DNA of 64,000 nt from contig CAVPLT010000004.1 in the NCBI GenBank assembly GCA_963706325.1, positions 1,024,001 to 1,088,000 on the forward strand, written 5' to 3'. The translations under genes and the position numbers were made by a program. Shown here piece after piece: positions 55,442-63,710 of this stretch. This stretch comes from an uncultured Nitrospiraceae bacterium. GTDB taxonomy: Bacteria; Nitrospirota; Nitrospiria; Nitrospirales; Nitrospiraceae. The notes under the pieces were generated by a model. The model saw nothing but the letters and a program-made list of their open reading frames with translations. It was not told the origin of the DNA and searched no databases. Within the stretch, counting starts at the first letter, position 1; every line of letters begins with the position of its first letter.

Positions 55442-57102
55442 GCAAACAGGTGCTTCTCATAAACATCACCCGGATGGGCGACCTCGTCCAAATGGGCACG
55501 CTCTTGCAGCGTCTACAGCATGAGTGGCCAGGCGCTGCGGTCGATCTCGTCGTCGACCGACGGTTCGCGTCGGTGGCCAGCCTCCTCCCGCATCTGCGAC
55601 ATGTCGTAGCCTATGATTTTCACGGTCTGGTCGATGAGAGCCGGGCACAAGCGAAGGACGTTGTGACCCTTTTCCAAGACATAACTCGATGGGCAGCGCC
55701 ATTGGTGGAGGCGCAGTACGACCGCGTCATCAACCTGACCTTCAACCGGCGAAGCGGGTTTCTCACTTCCTATGTCGGCGCCAGAGAAATACGCGGTATC
55801 GCGGCCCCGAAGGATGGGGACGTAGCCATTCACAACCCCTGGATGGCCTATCTGACCGACGTGCACAACCAACGTGCCTTCAATCAGTTCAATTTGGTTG
55901 ATATTTATGCATTAGGCGGGAGCGGCCCTGGACCCTTTGCGCCTTTGTCGATTACCGTGCCTCTTAGTACCGACCGGTGGGCACGCGAATTTCTCTCGCC
56001 CTATGGTGCTGGAGACCAGACTACCTGGGTTGCGGTGCAGGTCGGTGCCAGCGATTCAATGAAGGCGTGGCGGCCTGAGTTGTTCGGCCAGACCTTAGCC
56101 AGCCTGAGTAGGCGAACAAAGGTTGGTTATGTTTTCATCGGTACCGAGGAAGAGCGGAAAGTCAGTCTTCTCGCCCAGCGAGCCTATCAACAGGCCGGAG
56201 GAACCGGCCACCTGTGCGAAGCGATCGGCCGGACGGCGCTGCCTCAGTTAGCGGCCTTGTTGAAGCAATGCCGATTGCTCCTGACGAACGACACCGGACC
56301 AATGCATTTGGCGGTGGGGGTGGGGACTCCGGTCGTCGATCTCTCGGTCGGCCATGTGGACTTTCGCGAAACGGGTCCCTACGGGCCAGGCCATTTGATC
56401 GTGCAGCCGGACATGGCCTGTGCGCCCTGTGGATTCGATCAGGTCTGTTTTCATCACGCGTGTAAGGACCGAATTGTGCCGGACCAGATCGCGGCCCTCT
56501 GCGCATATGTACTGAGTGGAGCCGAGTTCCCCGAGGGCACCACCGGGATCAGAATCTATGGCTCTCGGATTGATGAAGATGGGTTGGGAAGCGCCCGACT
56601 TTTAGCGGGACGTGAAGATGCCACGGTCGACTGGTACGGTCGGTTCTGGCGAAGGTTTTGGTTTGAGCAATTCACCGGCACTGCTAGTCAGATTTCGCCG
56701 TGCGAGGGGGGCCCGCAGGATTATGATGAGGCGCTGCAGTGTTTTCATCGTCTCACGCCCCTCGTGCGCGCGCTCGTGTCCTATGCAAGAGAAATGGTGC
56801 GGTTAGCCAAACAGCATCCGTTGCCCGTCTCCGCGTTGCAACAGTTGCAACTCCGTGAGCGCGCAGACCGTCAGCAGGCCGTTACCCTCAGTCTGCAAAG
56901 TCCGTCGACCGCTTCCCTCGCTGTGGCGCTCTTGCGCGACACGCACAATGACGACGGAAACGAGCTGACGGCCATGGTGCTGGCTCGGCTGGCAACCTAT
57001 CAACGATGGCAGGGAAGACTGAACCAGGTTATCACATATTTTAATTCGCTTCGAAACGGCCGAGTGAAGTCACACGCCATCCCCATGGCACGATCTGCCT
57101 AG
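55438..57102 (+). CDS. Glycosyltransferase family 9 (heptosyltransferase-like) with C-terminal extension
   Basis: 'TRMGDLVQ', 'TNDTGPMHLA', 'ETGPYG', 'CAPC'. Confidence 0.88.
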   Translation: MSKQVLLINITRMGDLVQMGTLLQRLQHEWPGAAVDLVVDRRFASVASLLPHLRHVVAYDFHGLVDESRAQAKDVVTLFQDITRWAAPLVEAQYDRVINLTFNRRSGFLTSYVGAREIRGIAAPKDGDVAIHNPWMAYLTDVHNQRAFNQFNLVDIYALGGSGPGPFAPLSITVPLSTDRWAREFLSPYGAGDQTTWVAVQVGASDSMKAWRPELFGQTLASLSRRTKVGYVFIGTEEERKVSLLAQRAYQQAGGTGHLCEAIGRTALPQLAALLKQCRLLLTNDTGPMHLAVGVGTPVVDLSVGHVDFRETGPYGPGHLIVQPDMACAPCGFDQVCFHHACKDRIVPDQIAALCAYVLSGAEFPEGTTGIRIYGSRIDEDGLGSARLLAGREDATVDWYGRFWRRFWFEQFTGTASQISPCEGGPQDYDEALQCFHRLTPLVRALVSYAREMVRLAKQHPLPVSALQQLQLRERADRQQAVTLSLQSPSTASLAVALLRDTHNDDGNELTAMVLARLATYQRWQGRLNQVITYFNSLRNGRVKSHAIPMARSA

Positions 57103-57146
57103 CAACAATACGATGAAGGTGGATATCTTTTTGGAGGAGCCACGTC

Positions 57147-57689
57147 ATGCACATTACCCTTGATGAAGAACAATGGCAGGTATCGGATGAGAGCTCGTTG
57201 ATGGAAATCCTGGCTACGATTAGTGACAGGGCGCAGGCTCAGCATCGCATCGTGACGTCATTAACCATCGGTGGGAAAGCGATCAGCGATCGCGATCTTG
57301 CGCCGGGCTTTCTCAATCAATCCGGCAAGAATCTGGGTGCGGTTCAAGCCATTTCTAAATCGCTTCACTCAATCATTACAGAAGCGAAACATGCGATCGA
57401 TCGGTTTGCCGCCCAATTGCGCAAGGACGGCCAAAGCCTGCTCACCCCGTTACGTTCGGGGTCCGGCCATGTCGGGTCGATCGACAGCTGGCTTGGGCGC
57501 CTGGCGGACTACACGGAGATGTTAGAAGCCGGTCGCACCCAAGGCGTCGCGGGCCTATCAGCTGCCACGCTCCTCCCTTGGATTCAGGAACTGTTAGGCG
57601 CGCGCTCCAGCGCCGACCCGGTTCGTGTCGCCGATGTATTGGAATACGAAATATTGCCTCGCCTCACTGAATCAACCTTGGCCGCTTGA
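57147..57689 (+). CDS. Hypothetical protein (flagellar glycosylation-locus associated)
   Basis: 180 aa; RBS GGAGGAG; C-terminal 'VADVLEYEILP'. Confidence 0.7.
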   Translation: MHITLDEEQWQVSDESSLMEILATISDRAQAQHRIVTSLTIGGKAISDRDLAPGFLNQSGKNLGAVQAISKSLHSIITEAKHAIDRFAAQLRKDGQSLLTPLRSGSGHVGSIDSWLGRLADYTEMLEAGRTQGVAGLSAATLLPWIQELLGARSSADPVRVADVLEYEILPRLTESTLAA

Positions 57690-57766
57690 TGTTCATTGTG
57701 CTCCAATACTACACACAGACAGGTAATGTCTCTCATTACAATCATTTCATGTGCTTCTTGAGACAC

Positions 57767-57794
57767 TTAAGTCTTCTTGATATGGCGCCGATAA
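57767..57794 (+). promoter_or_regulatory. Sigma28 promoter of fliC
   Basis: TTAAG-N15-GCCGATAA (perfect -10). Confidence 0.88.
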
Positions 57795-57868
57795 GGGGCA
57801 CAGCAATACGGTAATAGGATGGGCGGGGATGTGCGCACATCTTCCTCAGGCCTGGTTACCACCTCGTT

Positions 57869-57920
57869 GGCACGGATGCCGGCGAATGTTCGAGAGTAGT
57901 GCAGAGCCTTCAGGAGGAAG
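57869..57920 (+). promoter_or_regulatory. Two putative CsrA-binding GGA hairpins in the fliC leader
   Basis: GGCA-CGGA-TGCC (57869-57880) and CTTC-AGGAG-GAAG (57908-57920; overlaps the RBS). Confidence 0.7.
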
Positions 57921-57926
57921 TACGTC

Positions 57927-58754
57927 ATGGCATTAGTTGTCAATACCAACATCTCGTCCCTGGCCGCGCAGCGGAACCTGTCGGTCAACCAAGCCTCATT
58001 GGCGAAATCGGTTGAGCATTTGTCGTCTGGCTTGCGCATTACCCGCGCATCCGACGATGCGGCAGGATTGGGCGTGTCCGAAACCTTGCGGGCGCAGATC
58101 CGCAGCATCAACCAAGCCACCCGGAACGCGGGCGACGGCATCAGCTTGACGCAAACAGCGGATGGCGCGGCCGCGTCGATCGGTAGCCTGTTGGGCCGTA
58201 TGCGCGAATTGGCCACGCAGGCGGCCAGTGGAACGGTGGGCACGACCGAGCGGTCGTACCTGGACCAGGAATTTGTGGCGTTGCGTTCTGAAATCGATCG
58301 TATCTCGACGACGACGGAATTCAACGGTCAAGCGTTGCTGAGCGGAAGCAGCAATACTTTCTCGGTGTTCGTCGGGTTCAAGAGCGGATCGGGCAACTCC
58401 TTGTCCGTCGCGCTGGATGACCTCGACGTCGCATCCGTCGGATTGACCGGGGCGAGCGTCTCGACGGCGGCAGCGGCACAGGCCGTGCTCTCCAACATCG
58501 ACGGCGCAATCAGCTCGGTGGCAACCGCCCGTGCGAATTACGGGTCGATTCAAAGCCGTTTCGATGCCGCGATTCAGAACCTTACGGTCACGGCAGAGAA
58601 TTTCACGGCAGCAGATTCGCGGATCCGCGATGCGGACATTGCCCAAGAAACCTCCCTGTTCACGAGGAACCAGATCCTCACACAGTCCGGCATTGCGATC
58701 TTGGCCCAAGCCAATGCGCTGCCACAGCAAGCATTAGCGTTGCTGCGAGGGTAA
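57927..58754 (+). CDS. fliC: Flagellin (short, 275 aa)
   Basis: 'MALVVNTNI', 'LSSGLRI..ASDDAAGL', 'SRIRDAD', 'LAQAN..PQQALALL'. Confidence 0.97.
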   Translation: MALVVNTNISSLAAQRNLSVNQASLAKSVEHLSSGLRITRASDDAAGLGVSETLRAQIRSINQATRNAGDGISLTQTADGAAASIGSLLGRMRELATQAASGTVGTTERSYLDQEFVALRSEIDRISTTTEFNGQALLSGSSNTFSVFVGFKSGSGNSLSVALDDLDVASVGLTGASVSTAAAAQAVLSNIDGAISSVATARANYGSIQSRFDAAIQNLTVTAENFTAADSRIRDADIAQETSLFTRNQILTQSGIAILAQANALPQQALALLRG

Positions 58755-58767
58755 GGCCTCATCCGTT

Positions 58768-58797
58768 GGAGAGCCCTCTCGCAAGAGAGAGCTCTCC
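58768..58797 (+). terminator. Stem-loop with GCAA tetraloop between fliC and flaG
   Basis: GGAGAGC-c-CTCTC-gcaa-GAGAG-a-GCTCTCC; no U tract. Confidence 0.6.
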
Positions 58798-58821
58798 GCG
58801 GACTGGTCCTAGGAGGGTAAC

Positions 58822-59181
58822 ATGGTCCCAGACGTATCAAAAGGTGCGGATCTCCTCGCAAACAATAGTCATGCGAGCCAGAATGCTCCGCAGCATACCC
58901 CTGTGCGGAAAGCAGAGGAATGGGTCCCCGAACCGCAGTCCCCTAGGGTTGCGGTCAACAAGCAAGAACTCGAACAGGCCCTCACGCGGGTGCGTGAGGT
59001 CTTTCAAAAAGCCGATTCCCGCGTGGAGTTTTCGATCGATCCCGATCTTGATCGGGTGGTGGTCAAAATCATGGACGGGGAATCAGGCACCGTGATCCGC
59101 CAGATTCCGCAAAAGGAAGTCCTCGAGCTTGCAAAGAGCTTAGAGGCTCCAACTGGATTATTGCTGCACCAGAAGGGGTAG
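58822..59181 (+). CDS. flaG: FlaG
   Basis: 'VEFSID..RVVVKIMD..SGTVIRQIP..EVL'. Confidence 0.92.
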   Translation: MVPDVSKGADLLANNSHASQNAPQHTPVRKAEEWVPEPQSPRVAVNKQELEQALTRVREVFQKADSRVEFSIDPDLDRVVVKIMDGESGTVIRQIPQKEVLELAKSLEAPTGLLLHQKG

Positions 59182-59207
59182 CAATACCACGACATGAAAG
59201 GGATGTC

Positions 59208-60590
59208 ATGGCGATTAGCTTCGGGGGATTAGGCAATGGCGTGGACTTTGGCCAAGTCGTCACAGAGTTGGTCAAAGTCCAACGTCAGCCGATAGATAAA
59301 CTGACCGCGGCGAAACTAGATCTGCAGAAAAAACTCACCGACTACGGCCAACTTGGCACCAAGCTATTAGCCCTTCAAAGCGCCGCGAGTCAGTTACGCC
59401 TTCCCAGCAGCTTTGACCAGTCAACCAGCACCGTAAGTAATGAAAGCGTTCTGAACGCTCAGTCTTCTGCCGGCGCGGGCACAGGAAGTTATACTGTGCA
59501 GGTTACTCAGCTTGCCAAGGCCAACCAAATTACGAATAAGGCCGCGAAGGCAGTGTCGAATACGACCGATGCCATCGTGTCGGGCGGTGCCGGAACCTTT
59601 ACCTTTAAAGTTGGCTCAGGTACCAATCAAGTGGTGACGCTCAAGGATGGTGCGACACTCGATGACCTCCGTTCCGCCATCAACGATCTTGGAGCCGGCG
59701 TCACCGCCTCTGTGATCAATACCGGCACGGAGTCGAGTCCCGCCTATCGACTGACACTCACCGCGACCAGTTCAGGCGCAAGCAACTCTATTTCGATCGT
59801 GACTGATACGACATCGCTCGACTTCCTCAATGGAAGCGGGACGGGTGGTTCCGACACTTTACAGGCGGGGCAAAATGCCATCCTGGTAATCGGCGATCCG
59901 GATCAGACCCCGATCACCATTCAGAGAGAGAGCAATGTGGTGACTGATGCCATCCCCGATGTCACCCTGACATTAAAGTCGAAGACGACGACCGACCCCG
60001 TCACGGTTAATATCAATTCAGATCCTGAGCGCGTCAAGACCAATATCAAGAATCTGGCGACTGCATACAATGATATCGTCAAATTTATCAATGAACGCAC
60101 CGCCTACGATGTGACGACTAAAACGGGCGGCGATTTTTTCAATGAAAGCACCGCAAAGGGCGTGCTTACCCGGTTACGCAGCGCTCTCACGAGCCAAGTG
60201 AGCGGGAACTCCGCATTTCAGACCTTGGGACAAATCGGATTCAAAACCGAACGCGACGGCACGATGACTATTGACGAAGCCAAGTTGGACTCGGCACTGG
60301 CGAGTAATTATTCTGCAACGAAATCACTCTTTGTGACTCAGCCGACTTCGACAGGCATCGCCCAGCAAATTACGCAAGTGGTGGATCTCTTGGATAGCGT
60401 CGATACAGGAGCCTTTACGATTCGAAAAAATGCGATTACTGATCAAATCACTCGAATGACGGCCGAAATAGCCCGCAAAGAAACTATTTCGAGTCAATAC
60501 GAAGAGCGCCTTCGACTTCAATACGCGTCTCTAGATGGTCTGCTTCAACAAATGCAAGCACAAACCAGCTCACTACAGCAGCTGAGATAA
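59208..60590 (+). CDS. fliD: Filament cap FliD
   Basis: 'ISFGGLGNGVD', 'GSYTVQVTQLA', 'DAIPDVTLTL', C-terminal 'QYASLD'. Confidence 0.95.
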   Translation: MAISFGGLGNGVDFGQVVTELVKVQRQPIDKLTAAKLDLQKKLTDYGQLGTKLLALQSAASQLRLPSSFDQSTSTVSNESVLNAQSSAGAGTGSYTVQVTQLAKANQITNKAAKAVSNTTDAIVSGGAGTFTFKVGSGTNQVVTLKDGATLDDLRSAINDLGAGVTASVINTGTESSPAYRLTLTATSSGASNSISIVTDTTSLDFLNGSGTGGSDTLQAGQNAILVIGDPDQTPITIQRESNVVTDAIPDVTLTLKSKTTTDPVTVNINSDPERVKTNIKNLATAYNDIVKFINERTAYDVTTKTGGDFFNESTAKGVLTRLRSALTSQVSGNSAFQTLGQIGFKTERDGTMTIDEAKLDSALASNYSATKSLFVTQPTSTGIAQQITQVVDLLDSVDTGAFTIRKNAITDQITRMTAEIARKETISSQYEERLRLQYASLDGLLQQMQAQTSSLQQLR

Positions 60591-60605
60591 CTACGAAGGC
60601 CAACC

Positions 60606-60998
60606 ATGATTGCCAATGCCGCCAATGCGTATCAGCAGACTCAGGTGATGACCGCGAACCGGGTGCAGTTGATCGTGCTGCTCTATGACTCCGCGATTCA
60701 GTCTTTGGAATTGGCCCGAGAAGCCATTCTCACCAACAACTACAAAGACAAAGCCCGTTTTCTCGACCGCAGCATTGCCATTGCAGGGGAACTGTCCAGT
60801 GTCTTAGATTTTGAACGGGGAGGAGAGATTGCCGTCTCGTTGCATCGACTCTACGATTACATTGTGCAGCAGTGCATTCAAGCCAATCTACGGCACAATG
60901 GCAAACAGCTGGATGGCCCGATACGTTGCCTGGGCACATTGCGCGAGGGCTGGCAGGTCGTGGCTCGCCAGGAAGCGGTGGCCCATGCCGGCAGCTAG
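60606..60998 (+). CDS. fliS: Flagellin chaperone FliS
   Basis: 'AYQQTQV', 'LIVLLYD', 'LDFERGGEIA..LYDY', 'LREGW'. Confidence 0.95.
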   Translation: MIANAANAYQQTQVMTANRVQLIVLLYDSAIQSLELAREAILTNNYKDKARFLDRSIAIAGELSSVLDFERGGEIAVSLHRLYDYIVQQCIQANLRHNGKQLDGPIRCLGTLREGWQVVARQEAVAHAGS

Positions 60999-61329
60999 GC
61001 ACACTTCTACGCTCCAACCCAATGGTGCCCAGGCCATCGAGCTTCTTACACAAGAAGCCTTTGAGGCATCACAAGAAGGCGATTGGGATCGAGTAGCCAC
61101 CTGCTACGAGAGTCGAGGAATCACCCTGCAAACATGTGTTATTGATCAGGCATTGGCACACCGTGTCATGACTCAGGACGAACAAGTCCGTGCAGCGGTA
61201 CTGGTGGCGCAAGCCGCTTTATCCAGTTTGCTTGCTGACGCCGCGCAGGTGACACATCAACTTCGACGTCTGCGGGAGAGCGTAGGACACGTGTCCTCGG
61301 GACAGGAAACAATGCACCGTGAAGCCTAA
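60985..61329 (+). CDS. Probable FliT-like protein
   Basis: 114 aa helical protein after fliS; 'GDWDRVATCYESR'. Confidence 0.55.
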   Translation: MPAARHTSTLQPNGAQAIELLTQEAFEASQEGDWDRVATCYESRGITLQTCVIDQALAHRVMTQDEQVRAAVLVAQAALSSLLADAAQVTHQLRRLRESVGHVSSGQETMHREA

Positions 61330-61606
61330 CTTCTCCATATTCCATCCGGCGTCTGCCGATACACCTCATCTCCTGACTCCGCTGGAAACGATACTGATCA
61401 GTCCTATTCTAACTAGCGCGCGAAATGCCACGGAAGGCAGATAGTGTACCACGCAATTCAGGCAAGCTTGAGATGGAAGAATAGCATGCGTCGCGCGCCG
61501 CTCATCGATGAGCGTTCTGCATCAGCCGGAAACCACGGTTGGGCGCGACACACTTTTAACCTTCTACAAGCCGAGCCACATCGCTATCCATAGACGAGGC
61601 GCTTTC

Positions 61607-62218
61607 ATGACTTCTCCGAGGGACATACCGGGCGCATTTGCTCACATGGAAGCCAAGAACGAAGAGCGGCGGGAATGGTTGCGCATTGACGATCGACTGC
61701 TCCTGGAGTATCGACTGGTCGATGAGCCTGCAGAAGCGATGAATCATTACCTTCCCCCTGCTACCGAAGACACTATCGCCACGGCCGTTTCGAAGCCAAC
61801 GATAGATTTGTTGGCTGGGGCGGGCGAAACCTTCGCGGGTTCTCCCTTGTTGCCCTGGGTGTCGAAGATCGACTGGATGCTCGAAACGATTCTGAAGTCG
61901 CTTGCCAAAGGCCACCCCGGAAGTGTGCAAATTGCACGATTGACCGAAGTGGATATCAGTGCCGGCGGTGTGGGTTTCAACACTCCACGCCACTTCCAGT
62001 CAGATGACGTGTTGGTCCTCAAGCTCATTCTTCCGCCGTTCAGTATGATTGAGGCGACCGCTCGGATTATTCGAGTGGCTGGGGCAGGGAAGGGAGAGAC
62101 AGGATACCATGTTGCGACGCAGTTTATTGATCTGGCGGGCGACGACCAGGAACTGATCATTCGTCACATTCTTCAGGTGCAAGCGGAACGTTTGCGGGCA
62201 AGAAGAGCGGCCCACTGA
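61607..62218 (+). CDS. PilZ-domain protein
   Basis: 'ERREWLRID' (RxxxR) and 'DISAGG'; start uncertain (61508, 61607 or 61646). Confidence 0.82.
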   Translation: MTSPRDIPGAFAHMEAKNEERREWLRIDDRLLLEYRLVDEPAEAMNHYLPPATEDTIATAVSKPTIDLLAGAGETFAGSPLLPWVSKIDWMLETILKSLAKGHPGSVQIARLTEVDISAGGVGFNTPRHFQSDDVLVLKLILPPFSMIEATARIIRVAGAGKGETGYHVATQFIDLAGDDQELIIRHILQVQAERLRARRAAH

Positions 62219-62230
62219 GCGCGCTTCTTG

Positions 62231-63166
62231 TCAGGCGGCCTGTCCTGGCACCGGAGCCCCGGACAGGACAGGTTCTATGGCAGGACAGGTAATGATGCCT
62301 AGCAACTTCTGCGCCGCTTGCTCAAGAGCCAGTGAAGCAGGTGCTGTCGGCTCAAACTCAACCACTGGCAGATAACTGCGAACCGCACGAGTCATTGCCG
62401 AATCGTCCGGAATCTCGCCCAGCATCGTCAGATCTCCCCCGACATACTCCTTCAGTAATTTCTTCAACTGCAGCACGTTGACCCGGGACTTACCGGACAC
62501 GCGGTTGACGATGAGGTGGGGTTGAAACCCCTGCAGCGTTCGGCTCGCAGTCTCTCGGGCGTTCGGGTCCGTCTCTTCGACAGCCTGGATGACCTGCTCA
62601 ATACTGGAAAAGTCGCGATCGGAAAGCGCCTCGCTGACCGCATCCCGCGACAAAAACGCCGACAGAACCCGGCGAATGGCTGCCAGCTTGATGAAACGAT
62701 AGAGGTCGAGGACAGAGGTCGGATCCGGAGTGGCCACCGTTAGGTAATGATCGGCCATAAGGAAGAAGTCCAGCGCATGGTAACTGGTCCCTGCGCCGAT
62801 GTCGACGAGGATAACATCCGCTTGGAGCTGTCGAAAGTGACGGATCAGTCGTTTTTTTTTGGCATAGGGAAGATTCGCCGTAGCCAAGGTGTCGCCCGTG
62901 CCGGGAATCAAGTGGAGGAAGGGATGCGCCGAGACAGGCTGAAGAACATCCTCAAGGCGTTCGACACGACGTTCAATAAAATCGGTCAAGGTGCGGGGAG
63001 GGTGCAACATGCCGAACAATATATGGGCATCAGCTCCCCCCACGTCTAGATCGGCCAACACCACCCGCTTGCCCTGCTTTGCCAGCAACATCGATAGGTT
63101 TGCGGCCACCACGCTTTTACCAACACCACCCTTCCCTGAACCGACTGACACGATTGTCGTCGCCAT
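62231..63166 (-). CDS. Second MinD/FlhG-family ATPase
   Basis: 'SVGSGKGGVGKS', 'DLDVGGAD', 'DIGAG', 'PDPTS'; start at MATTIV. Confidence 0.88.
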   Translation of the reverse strand: MATTIVSVGSGKGGVGKSVVAANLSMLLAKQGKRVVLADLDVGGADAHILFGMLHPPRTLTDFIERRVERLEDVLQPVSAHPFLHLIPGTGDTLATANLPYAKKKRLIRHFRQLQADVILVDIGAGTSYHALDFFLMADHYLTVATPDPTSVLDLYRFIKLAAIRRVLSAFLSRDAVSEALSDRDFSSIEQVIQAVEETDPNARETASRTLQGFQPHLIVNRVSGKSRVNVLQLKKLLKEYVGGDLTMLGEIPDDSAMTRAVRSYLPVVEFEPTAPASLALEQAAQKLLGIITCPAIEPVLSGAPVPGQAA

Positions 63167-63329
63167 ACGTACCGGTCCCTCGCGCTTGGGTGAGTTCACC
63201 ATTCCTTCTTTCGGTCCCGAGGTGACAAAACATGAGCGGAGGTACTGCCGAATGCCTGGATAGTCCGCGGGGCAACCAGCCGCTGAACCAATGGGTCCTA
63301 TTTCACCCCATTCTCCACAAACTGGCAAC

Positions 63330-63357
63330 TAAAGTTTGAGACGGCGCCCACCGATAG
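63330..63357 (+). promoter_or_regulatory. Sigma28 promoter of the HTH gene and probably cheR
   Basis: TAAAG-N15-ACCGATAG, ending 10 bp before ATG 63368. Confidence 0.7.
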
Positions 63358-63367
63358 CATATCCGTC

Positions 63368-63598
63368 ATGAACAACGCCATCGCAGCAACAACCAAAGTC
63401 AATGTCGAGAGTGCACCGTCTACGGAGAACGAGATTTTGACCGTGACGGAGGTCGCGCGATTTTTGCGCGTGCCAAAGTCCACGGTGTATAAGCTCGCCC
63501 GCTTGGGGCAGCTTCCCGCATCTAAAATCGGGAAACATTGGCGATTTCTCAGGCGTGACATTCACGATTGGATGCACAACCGGACCCAACAAAACTGA
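63368..63598 (+). CDS. HTH_17 / excisionase-like DNA-binding protein
   Basis: 'ILTVTEVARFLRVPKSTVYKLA..GQLPASKIGKHWRF'. Confidence 0.88.
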   Translation: MNNAIAATTKVNVESAPSTENEILTVTEVARFLRVPKSTVYKLARLGQLPASKIGKHWRFLRRDIHDWMHNRTQQN

Positions 63599-63710
63599 TC
63601 CCTCTCGAGGGAGTGCAGTATGTCGGGTCGGGCAGCACCACCAGACGCTCGGATATCCAAAGGGTCCGAGGCAGGGTCCTATCACCTGAATGGGTTAGGA
63701 GAGGCAGTCA

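Noticed and set aside
61336..61362. GCCGATAC possible sigma28 promoter for the downstream PilZ gene
   Set aside because: The -35 region (CATA) matches poorly, so it is not listed as a feature.
63368..63598. Excisionase-like gene as evidence of a prophage or ICE
   Set aside because: No integrase, tRNA, att repeats or phage genes nearby; it has a flagellar sigma28 promoter match.
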